Assembly (NCBI GenBank): GCA_965202585.1 | Contig: OZ241834.1 | Location: 7,378,001 to 7,442,000, forward strand | From: Thalia democratica | Lineage: Eukaryota | Reading direction: 5' to 3' | Length of the DNA stretch: 64,000 nt | Made by a program: the position numbers and the translations under genes | Notes under the pieces: model-generated | Told to the model about the DNA's origin: nothing | The model's input: the letters and a program-made list of their open reading frames with translations, nothing else | The model's database searches: none | In this document: positions 39,680 to 52,800 of the stretch, piece after piece | How the letters are laid out: the number at the start of each line of letters is the position of its first letter | How positions within the stretch are numbered: the stretch's first letter is position 1

Positions 39680-41260
39680 CTAATCGCAAGTAGACCTGTC
39701 CAGTGTCAAATAATTCTTCCAAGCTTTTTCGATCTCGTCACAGATGAACGCGTCGAAATCCGACCACCTCTTCGGATTGTCAACCACATCCGGAAACGTC
39801 ACCAGCAGCTGCCTGTCCACATTGCAGCTCGTCCACTCCAGTCCCTTTCTCGCCAGCCCCCACATGCGGAACCTGTCGTCGTGGCGGGGAACCACCCCCG
39901 ATCTCTCCATCAGCGAGCCAATGAACGCGTCGTCCATCGGGTGGACCCTCAGCTCGAACGACGATTGGAACAGCTTCTTGATCACGTGACCGCTAAACAC
40001 CTGCCCCGTGCCGGACAGGTAATCGGGGTAGGTGTGGTGCGGGTAGAGGTTGTAGGGGACGTGGTAGGGAGAAAACGCGTACCTGTCCCTCCGCTGATTG
40101 CGCATCACGAAGCCGGCCGCCAGGTTCATTCGGTCCTCCAAAGTTTTCACTTCGGTCGTGAGGAACTTGTGGAGGTTCTCGGTGTGGAGGAAGACGTCGT
40201 CGTCGCCCTTGTAAACGAACGGGACGTGGCGGCACCTCCGCAGGTACCACTGCATCAGCAGCAGGTCCTTTCTCGTCAAATTTCTCATCTCCTCCTCCAA
40301 GTCGAACTGCAAGATGTCGCTGTTCTCCTTCATCTCAATCTCCACTTCGCGCGCGTCCGAACCCTTCCTGCACCTGCCGATGACGAACACCAGCCTCATC
40401 GCTCGACCCGTCTTCATCCCGAAGAACCGCTCGTCGCCCCACGTCCTCCTGATCGCCCGTCGCCTGGCAACGTGCCTGCAGGTCGACCGGACGGCGACCA
40501 GCAGCAGAACCTGGTTGCGATCCAGGTTCAGGAAGTCCGCCTCCTCGAAATTCTCCCGGCCGCACCTGTAGGGAGAATCTTTCAAAAGCACGAAGTCGCG
40601 CTGCTGGGAGTACCTCATCGGGTGGTCCAAGGAGAAGATGGTGAAGGGGGGAGGCGGGGGCAGCTTGAGGTGGTTTCCCATCTGGTAAATTCCCCTGATG
40701 TGGGAGGAGTAGAGGTTTTCCAGAGGCAGCGCCTCAATGTTGAGCTGGTAGAAGTCGATGTCGCCTGAAACAGTCAGTGAAAATAAGAAGTAAATAAATA
40801 AAAGTGTACATTGAGGTTAAATTAATAAAAAAATACAAAACGTAAAAAATAAATATAAAAGTTTTGATATTTAAAACACTTTTTACGAGTTGAATTTGTC
40901 ATATTTTAAATTTTGGTGTTTGAATTCGGACGTTCTTTATTCTAGTTCAACTAATATTCTTTATTTAAATAATTATTGTTGAATATAGTTTAAATAATCA
41001 TAGTCGAATAAAAAACACAATTAAGCTTTTACTACTGCAATAAATTAATTGAATAAATAAATTAGGTAACAAATACACAACTCACTTTTTTCAAGAGACT
41101 TTACTTCAAATTCGCGAACAGATACATAAACTGAAAGTTTATAAACGTAGTAGTTCCATAAAAATATAATAAACAACATAAGATATGCAAGATAATTTAG
41201 AAATTCATTTCTACCAAAGTCATAATTGCACCATTTCATACAATATCTTTTTAATCTCAT
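39680..41260 (-). CDS. B3GNT: GT31-family beta-1,3-N-acetylglucosaminyltransferase-like type II Golgi protein; exons 41086-41260 and 39680-40764 (~419 aa)
   Basis: Motifs RRAIRRTWG, NLTRKDLLLMQW, FVYKGDDDVF (DxD), YPDYLSGTG, MDDAFIG. Exon 1 supplies the signal anchor (FLNYLAYLMLFIIFLWNYY). The phase-1 gtgagt donor at 41085 joins the phase-1 tttcag acceptor at 40765. The paralogue number cannot be assigned. Confidence 0.9.
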
Positions 41261-41290
41261 AATTATTTCTGAAAAAAAACTTTTTTGAAA
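41261..41290 (-). promoter_or_regulatory. Splice acceptor 8 nt upstream of the B3GNT-like ATG
   Basis: agttttttttcag|aaataattATG. Confidence 0.55.
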
Positions 41291-44200
41291 CAAGTTAATT
41301 GAATGCAATGTTTAAATAAAATTTGTAATTGATAGTTAAATAAATTTCAAATATTAAAGTGTATAAGATATTAAAGTATTTAAGTAATCTAAAAACTCTG
41401 TAAAAGAAGAAATTAAATGTTTTTTTATTTTTAACTTTTAATATTAAATTAAAACTGTAAAAAACATAATTTTAAACGATGTAACAAATTTAATTCTTTT
41501 TATTAACGGATTCGTACCTCATTTTAATTTAAGGTTTTGTAAATTTTCTAAATAAAATCTAAAACAAGTTGAAAAAACTTTAAAACTTTTGATAGCTTTA
41601 TGTGTATACAGCTTGGTTTTGTGTACTCAAAATATGGTATTTTTGTTGCAATGCGTTTAGTGCTCTTTTTTAAATATTCACTGAAATAAAAATATTTTTG
41701 AATACTATGTGTCGGTTAGAACGTTTCAAACATAATTTAGTTAAAACAAAAAACATTTATGTCTAAAAAATTTGAAAGTCTTGTTTGAATTGAATTTCAA
41801 GCGTATAAAAGGACTTTGCAAATTGATAAAATGAAGATAAACGAAAAAAATGTTACTAAAACTTCAGATAATTTAAATGAGTAATTTGTTTCTAGACTTT
41901 TTTTCAATAAGTACTACAATCAAATGGTTTAGAAAAAGGGCATATTTTTCACAACTACGTTTTAAAAGTCATGAAAACTCAAAACAACTTTTAAGAAAAA
42001 CTGAAGACACTTTAAGATTGTAGGAACGGCAACTAAGATTAAATAAAAACATTTACAAAGCTTTTATTAAATTTAAAATTTTCTGATTCATTTAATAAGT
42101 TTAATAAAAATTTTATAAAAGAGTAAGCTGCTTTAAAAAATGTGATTTTGCTTAATTTTTTTCAAAGTATAAGAGTTATCCAGAAAAAAACGAAAATATG
42201 AAATATTTTTTTAAAGAAATTTATAAATTAATAACATTTTTTTATCGAAAAAGAACACTTAAATCTAAAGTTTATTTTGGTATTTATTCAAAGCTTTATT
42301 TTGTAAAAATTCGCAGAAAATTTATTAAAAGTTTCTTAAAAAGATTTCAAATAGAACTCATTCCGTCAATGGCACCTTTATGTCTGATAACTACGACAAA
42401 AAAATGTAGACTTGCAGTAAGATTAAAAATTTAGTACAAATTAAATGTTATGTAGATAAATAAAGAGACTCAAAATTTAGTTTATACAAGATATGTTTTG
42501 TGCTACTCACGTCGGTTGCATAAAGCTATGCATAATATTTCCTAACTATTCTTAAGAATTTATAACAAGAAGTTCTCAAGAAATTCATAAGAAATTATCA
42601 AGAACTTAAGACTTCTTGAGAATTTTTAAGTTATTACATGCTATGTTACAACTGATGGTATGAAATTTATCTTGTATAAATTCATTTTGAATGTCTTTTT
42701 TTTACTTGTTAGCAGCAAATAACTTTACTTTTTAGCTAATTTAAACATTTAAAATTATTTATAAAACAAAACTGTTTTATTAAAGATGATACAAATAGCT
42801 TTTTAGGGTTAAAAAACTACAGTTTATATGTTGTATACTAAACAAAACCGACATCACTTTACAATTGTTTCAAACTTGATGCTTTATGCATCATTAAGTA
42901 ACTCTCTGAGTAATTGCTTTCTAGTATTCACTAATTGCTCTGATGAGAACTTTGTGCACAATTTTTGAAACAATTGTAAAAAGTTTCGACTTTTTTTTAA
43001 TAATTTGATATATTTCAATTTACAAACATTTAGTGCACTATATACTAAACTTAAAACTAAACGGCATATTGTCTAAATTACATAATAAAATAATACATTT
43101 GTACAATTTTTATGCGTGCCATATTAGTAAAGTTTTAAAAATACAGTTAAAAATAATATTATTTATACAGGAACAAATTTTCAAAAACTTACCAATCAAA
43201 GTAAAAATTTCATATGATACAAAAAACTTTCAAGTAAGCTTATAGCAGTAAAACTAAATTCAAAGTTACAGACCATTCACTGTATTTTTACAAGTCAAGT
43301 TTTTACATGTAAGTTTACAGCATATAAACTTGTTATGCTTGGCAATTTTTAAAACTATAAGTTATTTTTTTGAATACTATGTAGAAAACACTAGTTTTTG
43401 TGTTTTTTACACATGTGTTTATATGAACTTTGTTTGATGTTGGAATTTGGTTAGTTAGCGTATTCTGTACTTTTTGTTCTTCAACATTACAAAATTTTAG
43501 TTTTCTGCAGTTTTCAACATAAAGATTTCTATTGAAACTAATCACATTTGAAATACAATGCTAGATAGGTGCAATATTGTTATATTATAGAATATTTCAC
43601 TAAAACAAATAAAAATGACAATATAAATTCAAAAAATTCATCTAAAAATCAAATAAATATTAAAACTTTAGAGTTTTTTACAATATATTAATATATACAC
43701 TACGCTAACACATATCTTTGTACTAAAGTTTTTAGAAAAAAATTGTTGTCCTAATTTTATTAAAATACTGATACTTGACTAAAAAAATTTTATATGACGT
43801 TTTTTATATGATACAAAAAAAAACTTACGGTCGTCTAGCTTAGCATTTTCTGTAAAAAAATACAAACATTTATCTAGTAACCTCAAACAGAACACAGGTG
43901 TAGTTAAACATGTTTTATATTATGATAGTTTAACTCTAATAGAAAAAACTATATAGCCCTACAAATCTATTTTAGTTTTTAGTGATGATAAAAAAGTATA
44001 TATTAAACAAGCTCTTCTTATGTGTTTAGATACAACAATTGAACAATTGAAAATAAATATACATTATATTTTTATATTTTTTATCATTTTTGCTTTATAT
44101 ATTTAAAAATCAACTCAAAAGAATTGTGTATACACATTACTACAATAAAATGTAAAATTTCTTTAATTTTAGACTGTTTGTTTGTAAATAAAAACTACAG

Positions 44201-46064
44201 CATGCTCTAAGTTTATTTTTTAACTTATTTTTAAATTCAACTACTAAAAATTCCAAACTTGTGTTAGTCAGCAATGTCTATTAAAAATTAGCATTAAAAT
44301 TCGACTGTTTATTTTTTAATGTCTAACCTTTTGAAACAAAAAACCAACAACTAAACTTTATTAAAGAACAAAATTGTTTTAAAATACTCAACTACTAGAG
44401 AATGAAAAAAAAAATCGTAATAGAAAACATAGTTTAACAACAAGTATCTCAATCAATCTAATAAAGCAATTTTTTACCATTAATGCTGCTGTTATCTATG
44501 CTTTAAATGAAAACTTTTATAACGTAACCTTTAACCTTCCTTTCAACTCAACTAAAGAGATTTTTTTTCAATCTGTAATTGTTTCTTTATTTTTTTGTAA
44601 TAATGGTTTACAACTTTCTTCTCTCTCATTTGGATTTTTCTTTCACTTCAAACTCACTTGCTAAAATAAATTTGTTTAGGCCTTAAAAGAATATAAATAA
44701 TCAAAATGTATGCTTTAAATAAAAAAATTATAGTTCAACCAAAATTTGAATACTAACTTTCTACTAGATTTAGGTTTTAACTTTACGTAAAAAAATGTAA
44801 ATCCTAACTAATCAAACAAATAGACCTCTTTAGTAAAAATATAATTAAAACCTTTCCAATATGCATCTTTTCATTCTTAAATTAAATTTATTTAATAAAG
44901 TACATGTGTAAATTAAACAGTTTTTTACAAAACTTTATTTTACAGTGATTGTTTTTTATTAAAGGCTGGGAGACTAACTTATTATTGAATTACTTTAAAA
45001 TATTAATATTATAGTAATTTTCAAATACCTATGTATAAATTTATTTTTAGTATGCTATTGTAGTTTAACTAATCTAAAACATCAATATGCGTCTTGATAG
45101 CTTCTCTTAGTGTACTCGAAAGTACAACATTTAGGCTTACGGATAGAACTTGTACTTTAAAAAGGCAAAGTAAAGTTTTTCAAAGTATCAAAATTTGTTT
45201 TAGCATGTATAATATACGTAACAAACTATTTAAATGACGAATACATATCTTATGAAAATGACTAAACGTGTTTACGCTTTACTAGATATTACCAAATTAT
45301 AATAAGTAAATTTTACAAGATTTTTATCAATAACATAATTCAGCACATAACTTCATAGAATTATAAACAATAAAAACTTGGCTTATAATTCTAATCATTA
45401 TTTTTACTCCTTATTTTTTGTTCATAAATGTTTTAGGGTCATAAAATACAGATCTCACTATACTTTAAATAAATTTAATACATTTTTAAACTCTTTCAAC
45501 TAAATTCAAGATAAGTTATTAAACTCCAACTCAATCTTTAAACCTGTACATTGTATAATTATTAGTAAATATAAAATAGATAACAACTTAATCATGAGAA
45601 TCTAAAAAATATAACACTTTTGGCTAAATGGTTTTTAGGTATTAATTACTGGATTACTAAACAGAATACATTTTTAATTGAAGCAACAGAAAACAGAAGC
45701 ACTTTATTAAGTAAATTTCACATGAGTACGAAACAAAATAGAATAGTAATACTTGTAAAACATAAAGAACAACTTTGTTTTTATTGTATGTATAGAAGAG
45801 TATACTAGAGTAACATAATACGGCCACAAGGATTGGTAAGGATAAAAATATAAAAGCATTTGCAACAAACACGTAAACTACTTGATGAAGTAAAATTATA
45901 AAAAGAAATATCATATTCAGCAAAAACAAATGGTATCATTATTTTGTTACTGTTTGGTTTAAAAAAAAAAGAGCTTCTTTTATTTAAACTTAATCATTGT
46001 GGAAATTAGAAAAAACTTTGTTTAAAAAACAAGTAGCCAAAACAACTAAATATTTTTGTACTTA

Positions 46065-48735
46065 TTACTGTTTTCCAATAGCTTCATTCTTTCTTTTTTC
46101 TTCTCCATTTTTCACCATACCAGGAACTTTCTTGCTTGGATCCTTGTTTTTCAGTTGATCAGACTCCTTTTTTGAGCGCCCTAGCAAAAAAAATAAGTAA
46201 GTTGATTGGGATAAAAACTATTTGTTTTCATTGCCATAAAATATGAGAAGTTGTTTTGTGTCCTGAAATTTCAAGTAAAATAAAACATGTACTTTGTAGG
46301 GCAAATTGCATTTGCTTTATTTGCATAGCTTTCATTCACCAAGAGTTCTTAATTACTATTTTTTTTTACATAAAAAGTTTAGTTTTTATTTTATTTTTAC
46401 ATCAAATTAGCCTAGAAATACAAAAATCGACAATATTTTAAAAATAAAAATGAAATTTTCTAAATACGAAGTATAAATTGCAACGATACAAAGGTTTGTG
46501 GAACACTAAATACATGTTATATTTATACTTCAACTACATGTAAAGCAAAAATATATAAAAAAAACTTTTATGTACATAAGTATATATTTTTCAGTTTTTG
46601 TATTGTCATACAGAAAGTAATTAAAGCTTACTTTTTTTACATCAATATCTTACAATCAAACACTAAGGATATAGATTTTTGTATATTTTTCTCATTGATT
46701 CTAAATAATCAAATAACACACTACACAAACACACTTTTTTTTCTAGAAAAAAATAAAACTTTGTCAGAAAATTATAATTTTTTAACTCCTTGCAACACAT
46801 ATTTCTTGAAACCTAGAGAATTTTTATTAAAAAAGAAGAAAAATAATAATTTTCAGTCAATTTTTTTAAATCTAAAAAAATCAATGCATTTCTCCATATG
46901 ATGCATAAACTCTTTGCTTAATTAACTATACCCTAAAAACTAATCAAATATTTTAAGCTTTATGTACAGTATTAAATAGTATATAATTTGAGCTCTAAAA
47001 CAGGAGTTAATTCTGCTATAAGAAATGTTTGACCTACCCCTATATCTTTAACAAATAATTCTTCCACTAAAAACTCTTAACTAACACAAAAATTACAATT
47101 TTTAATTAAAATTTACAAGTGGTCTTAGATTATAAAGGTTAGTTTCTAAACTTTTATTTAAAGTGTTTTAATATAAGAAAATCTGTAAGCTTTGATCATT
47201 TTATTTTTAAAAATATCTCTTTTAAAGTACAAAAACAGTATCAAACTCAACAAAGCTAAGTCTTACTCAGTCTACTTTAACATTTTAAAACAAAATGGTT
47301 GGCAAATTGCAGCTATAAAGAGATTTTTTTGAATTTTAAATGGGTTCAGCCCACGAAAGGTAAAACCAAAAAAAGAAATTTCTTTAAACTTTCACTCTAT
47401 ATTATGTGGTTTGTGATGAAATGCAAAAAAAGGATCTGTTACAATTTAGTGGAAATTTAAAATTTAAAACTGGATATTCTGGGGTTTGTATTAAGATTAA
47501 ATACTATTTCTAAAAACAAAATTACTTAAATAACAGGCAACAGTTAAATCAGCATAAAAAACATTCCATAATTTAAAATCTGAAATTTATGAGCCTTTTT
47601 TAAATTATCATTATTTTTCATAGATTATTGGGCAATTTCAATCGATAAGTAACACTTAAAATAACTAACTGGTAAATGAAATTTAATATTATACATGTTT
47701 AAAGCACTAAGGTTGCTTATTATTACTTTTACTAAGGGTGTATGAAGTCCATATTTTTTTTACAATATTCAACATATCAGTTTTTATATGAAAGCTTATA
47801 GTATAAACTATAAGTCAGTTTGTATAAAGTGTAAAAATTTTTATTTGATTGATATAATAATTTAAAAAAAGTTTCTGAAAAAAAAAACAAATGGACCACA
47901 TTTTTACCAATATTTTTTTTGGAAACTTTAAATTTTTTAATATTCTATCTTCTTTTTAGTTTTTTGAGCTAAAGACCTTTAGTATAAGAAATTGTGAAAT
48001 CTTTATGAACTTTTTTTTCAATTGAAAAGTTAAAACTTTATATTCATAAAAAGAAGACATTTTCATGTTTTCATTATTGTATATAACATTAAATAACTTT
48101 TTTTTCATTCTTATAAGGGTGTTGTAACTTTTAGAAATTGTACAATTTTTTTAGCTTTTAATTTCAAATTCAAAATAACAATAAAATATTTATACAAGCA
48201 CTACTGTTTACACTGTGAAACAAACTAAGAATACCTTTTTAAATAAATATTTTCATAAAAGTTCAATTTATAATGGTTTTCAAAAGATTTTTTATAGCTA
48301 ACTAGCCCATAGCAGGCCAGAGGTTTCTGTTAATAGGCCAAATAAAGCCGTAAGCTAACTGTGTGTTAACAATCCTTAAACTAACATATATGAATTTGTT
48401 TACAAAATAAGTTTTGATACTTAAAAGGTTTTTAATAAAAATTGTAAATGCCTAGTATTTGTTTATTGAACAACAAAAATAAAATTGCTCAAAATAGTTG
48501 GTCCTAGGACCTGGTGCACAAAAAAACCTTTCGGTTATTGAGTTGCACACCACTTGGATACCTTTTAACATCTTGTCCAGGACTAGTATTTTTTTTAGTA
48601 TTATATCCAATTATACCTTACAAAACTAAAAAACATCTTACCTTTTCCACCATGACCAGTCAACTTGTCTTGTTCATAGTTGTAATGTTCATACTTGTCC
48701 TGCTCAATCGGCTCACCGGCATTTTTAGACGACAT
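46065..48735 (-). CDS. NUPR1: NUPR1/p8-like small nuclear protein (69 aa); exons 48642-48735 and 46065-46180
   Basis: MSSKNAGEPIEQDKYEHYNYEQDKLTGHGGKG|RSKKESDQLKNKDPSKKVPGMVKNGEEKRKNEAIGKQ*. D-x-YEHYN-x-x-x-DK...GH-x-GK-x-R-x-K-x-E matches the invertebrate p8 signature. The gtaaga donor and gctag acceptor are both phase 1. Confidence 0.8.
48468..48583 (-). repeat. SINE-like repeat copy in the NUPR1-like intron, about 60 bp from the donor
   Basis: tgtttattgaac...gctcaaaatagttggtcctaggacctggtgcac...tcggttattgag...ggatacc...tgtccaggac. Confidence 0.75.
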
Positions 48736-48775
48736 AATTTAGCTTTTAGAATAAAACTGTAAAAGAATAACTGTT
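48736..48775 (-). promoter_or_regulatory. Splice acceptor 21 nt upstream of the NUPR1-like ATG
   Basis: gttattcttttacag|ttttattctaaaagctaaattATG. Confidence 0.55.
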
Positions 48776-49308
48776 CACACTTATTGTTTTTATTAAAAAG
48801 GAAATTATCAACTATATTAGATTAGTGTTCCAGGGTAAGATTTTTTTGGATATGTGATTTATTTTTATTAAACTTTCAAACTCTCATATTGATACGTTCA
48901 CTTGAAGCTGATCATGTAAGCTAACACTGCAGGGTACTGGTTTGGACACCAACTAGGATTGGTAAACAAATTTTTTGTTTTTTTTTCTTACAATCCCTCC
49001 AGTATTGTGAGAGTTGACTATTGCTTGATATAATATAAACTTTGTTCATTATATACCCAGTAGACTTAATTTGTGTATCAGAAGGTTGCCTAGTAACTCA
49101 TTTAAACTTACTGTTGAACTTAACTTAATACAACTCATATTTACAAAAACTTTTCTGCAAGTACTTTTGGCTGTAGCCACTTATAGCCTTTACTTGATCT
49201 TACTAAGTCATTTTGATCAACTTTATGTTTTTAATTTACTTTCAAATGTACAACTTAACTATTCAATGTAAGGTTAGGAAACACTTCTTTTTTACTAAAA
49301 TACCATTA

Positions 49309-49862
49309 AATGTAACTACTTAATACCTTTACTATTTAGCTTATGTCTGATAAAATACTTTTTAAACACTATTTATTACTTAGTTAAAAACTATGAGATT
49401 AATTTAAATGTAGCTACTTAATAACTTTACTATTTAAATTAAGTATTATGAATTACTTTACAACATTATTATTACTTATGCAGTAAATATGAGATTGATT
49501 TAAATGTAGCTACTTAATAACTTTGCTATTTAATTTAACTATTATAATTTACTTTACAACACTATTTATAATTAAGTTAGTGACTATGAGATTGATTCAA
49601 AAGTAAGTACTTAATAACCTTACTATTCAACTTACATTTTATGAAGAAATTGAACACTAATTATTACTTAATAAACACTATGAGATAAATTTAAATGTAG
49701 CTACTTAATAATTTTAGAATTTAAATTAAGTATTATGAATAACTTTACAACACTATTTATTACTTAGTTGAAAATTATGAGTTTGACCAAAATATAATTA
49801 CTTAATAACTTTACTTCTTAACTTAGTCTTATATATAATTTAAAAAACTTTATTTATTACTT
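49309..49862. repeat. Minisatellite, ~96-97-bp unit, about 5.7 copies
   Basis: aaatgtagctacttaataactttactattt...aacactatttattacttag...tatgagatt recurs near 49309, 49406, 49502, 49599, 49693 and 49790. Confidence 0.85.
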
Positions 49863-52800
49863 TGTTAACAAATATTGATTGCTTGTCAGCTAAAATATTT
49901 AAATACACCAACAAAAGAAAACAATCAAGAATAAAATCAAAAGACATACAAATAATAACTTTATAGTTTCCAAAAATTTTCTAAATTATAACCTTAAAAA
50001 TAAGAGAAGTTATCACAACTTGCCGAGTAAACTAAATACAAGTTTATATTATAATTTTTGTAACTTATTTAATTGTGATGTATCTATTTAAAATATGAGT
50101 TTTAAAATAAGCAGAATAAGTATGATGCTCATTATCGGTGGTGGATGTTTGACTAACAAATTACAATTTTATTTTAACTAACAAAGTATACCAACTCAAA
50201 AATATTATTTACAAAAACTAATGTTTATTAAACCTGAAAATACCAAGATAATAGTTTTAATTATGCAAAAACTTAAAGCTAGAACACTTGAAAACATAAA
50301 TTATATACAAATTGTTTCTTTTTATACAAATTTTTATATCAAAAAAACAAACAAGAAGATTATTTTTACAGCTTTGTGCTAATACTTGTTTCAATACTCT
50401 TAAAAAATATAACCATTAATTTGAAAAAAAACTTTATAAGAAACAAATTAATAAACAAAATTTGTGTTATTGTTTTATTTTGTATTTTTTGCACAAAAAC
50501 TAAAATAAATAAAAAGACTATGTAAAAAAAAATTCTCACAAATGTTTTTCTTGATATTAAAAACGTAAACAAGACAAATGTTATTTGTTATATTTATCCA
50601 TAAATATATCCATTATACAAGGAGGCCACTGATTTTTTAAAAACTTCTTCTGGGTTTTTAAAAGTTAAACTCATAAGGGGGTCAAAGATTTTTGTTAAAA
50701 AAGTTAAAACTAGCTCTTATTTACAAGTTTAGAGTATATACCATAAAATACTTTATATAGAACAAAAAAAAACTTTTAGGTTATAACCAGTTATGAAAAA
50801 AATCTGATACAACCATATAAAACAAAAAAATATAAAGGTAATTTACTTCATACAAGTTTTTAAAATAATTAACAACAAAGATTAAAGCAGGTAGGCCAAC
50901 TGTTTTTGATAAATTTCTTCAAGGTTTTTTAAAAGTACATGTTTTGGGTTTATCTTTTATTTAAAACTAAGTTTTAACTATAAAACTGTGTTAAATAGTA
51001 CAACAACATTGAAATGATACTGTGAAGCTACTTTAAATGTTTTTTTAAATAAAAAAATTTGATGATAAAAAACAATTATATCTATATGATAGATTTTTTG
51101 TTTTAAAACAAAATTTCATAACTTAAGTCCATAAGGAGGTAGGCCATGTTTCTTACAAATTGGTCTTACTTTATAGAGTTTTCACTGAGCTTCGAACTGC
51201 TTTTAACTATTTTGAAAAATTCAAATTATTTTTTAAGATATGATCGGTCAAAGTTGGGCCACATAATAGGTTCCCTATGGGAAAGGAAAAAAAACAATTT
51301 CATTTAAAAACTATCTCCTCTAACATTTTTCAAGCAATCTTCTTCAAACTTTCACAGTCTAATCTTTATATAGTAACAAAAAACATTACTTTGGACTTAA
51401 AAATTTTTTAGTAAAAATACCATTTTATTTTGAAAAAAGACAAGATTTATATTAAATTCTAAAATCGGACACAGTCAATTGTTTTTACTTTGATTTTATT
51501 CCCTGCATCAATAGTCACAAAAAATCAACAATTTCATCTGGATTTACTTTTACATACAAAAATATTATTATAATGTAAAAAATCTGCTAGCTTTTAAAAA
51601 TTTGGTTTTATTCACAGTTTTGAATTACTACATCACAATATATATTTTTCAAGTAGCATGAATGTGTTTTATTTCTGTTAGTTTAAAGTTCACTGAAGAA
51701 GAACTGTTGTCCGAAATTGTTTTGAACTAAAGTATGCAATAAACTTGTAGATTTTTTAAACCATCGTTTGATTTTTTGTAACTATTTTGAAAAAAAAACT
51801 TTTTTTTTTAATTTTTGTCATATTTTTTTTTTTTATTAAAAAAATTAACTGGCTAGTAGTTTGTACTTTAAGCTTTCATATAAAAGCCAAAGTTAATTTT
51901 TGTAAAAAAATGTGCTGATGAGTGTGGAAATTGTTAAAACCTTTGGAATTTTATTAGGTTAAGGACAAAATATACATAATGTATTTTTCGCAAAGTAAAA
52001 TAAAAACTCTAAATGACTTTACGAATCAAACTTATTTAACAAAACTTTGAAATATATTTTTAAGCCATAAAAAACACAGTATGTAAAACTATATTTTAAA
52101 TTACTTTGTTCTGATGGTTGCTTAAATTTTTCTAGGAAAATTAAAATTTAATCTAAACAAAAACTTTTTAATAGCTATGTGTCATCTGTCATAACTTTTG
52201 TTATGGACAGAAAACTTCAAGTATGTTTTAAAGTTTTAAATGTTTTCAAAACAGTTTTTTATTCAGTTACATACCAGTGTCTGCCCTCTTCAACAATAAA
52301 GTTATGCAAAAATCAAGGCAAGTTTTATCATAAGTAATTTTGCCAGCCCTTTCAATGACTAAAACTTTATTATCCAAAATAAACAAAACTACATTTCAAA
52401 ATAAAAAAACCATTGGTTATATTGTTATTTAGCAAATAAGGTTAATAAACTAATTAGTGCAATAAAATTCTTGAATCCTTTTGCAAGACAATGGAACTAA
52501 AAAAAACACCAACATTCCAATTGTGATCACTGCCACTAATGTGAACCAACAAAATAAAATCATCTTTACAGTTATAAAGAACATAGAGTTCTAAAAATTA
52601 GTTTTAATAAATTGGCGCTATTCAAAACAACAGTGAACAAAACTTTTGATAATATAGATGTTATAATAAAAGAAAGTAGTATAAACATATATTCCATCAT
52701 ACTTTAGTACATAACAACAATAAAACTGATTTATTTTAATATAAAAACAACACAAATGGAACTTTGAGTGGGTTAAAATATAAAAACGAAAAGCATCATT

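Noticed and set aside
39881-40768. 295-aa + strand ORF and other short ORFs overlapping B3GNT
   Set aside because: Antisense or alternative-frame shadows of a high-GC3 coding exon; no motifs.
42938-42990. CTGATGAG...GAAAC hammerhead-like core
   Set aside because: Stem II pairs poorly, GAAAC/GTTTC would sequester the core, and there is no PLE context.
45657-45929. Hydrophobic 90-aa ORF downstream of the NUPR1-like stop
   Set aside because: F/L/I/Y richness is expected from T-rich DNA; it is likely 3' UTR and has no splice or motif support.
49309-49862. Regular repeats as a CRISPR array
   Set aside because: Whole units are degenerate copies with no unique spacers, and the context is eukaryotic.
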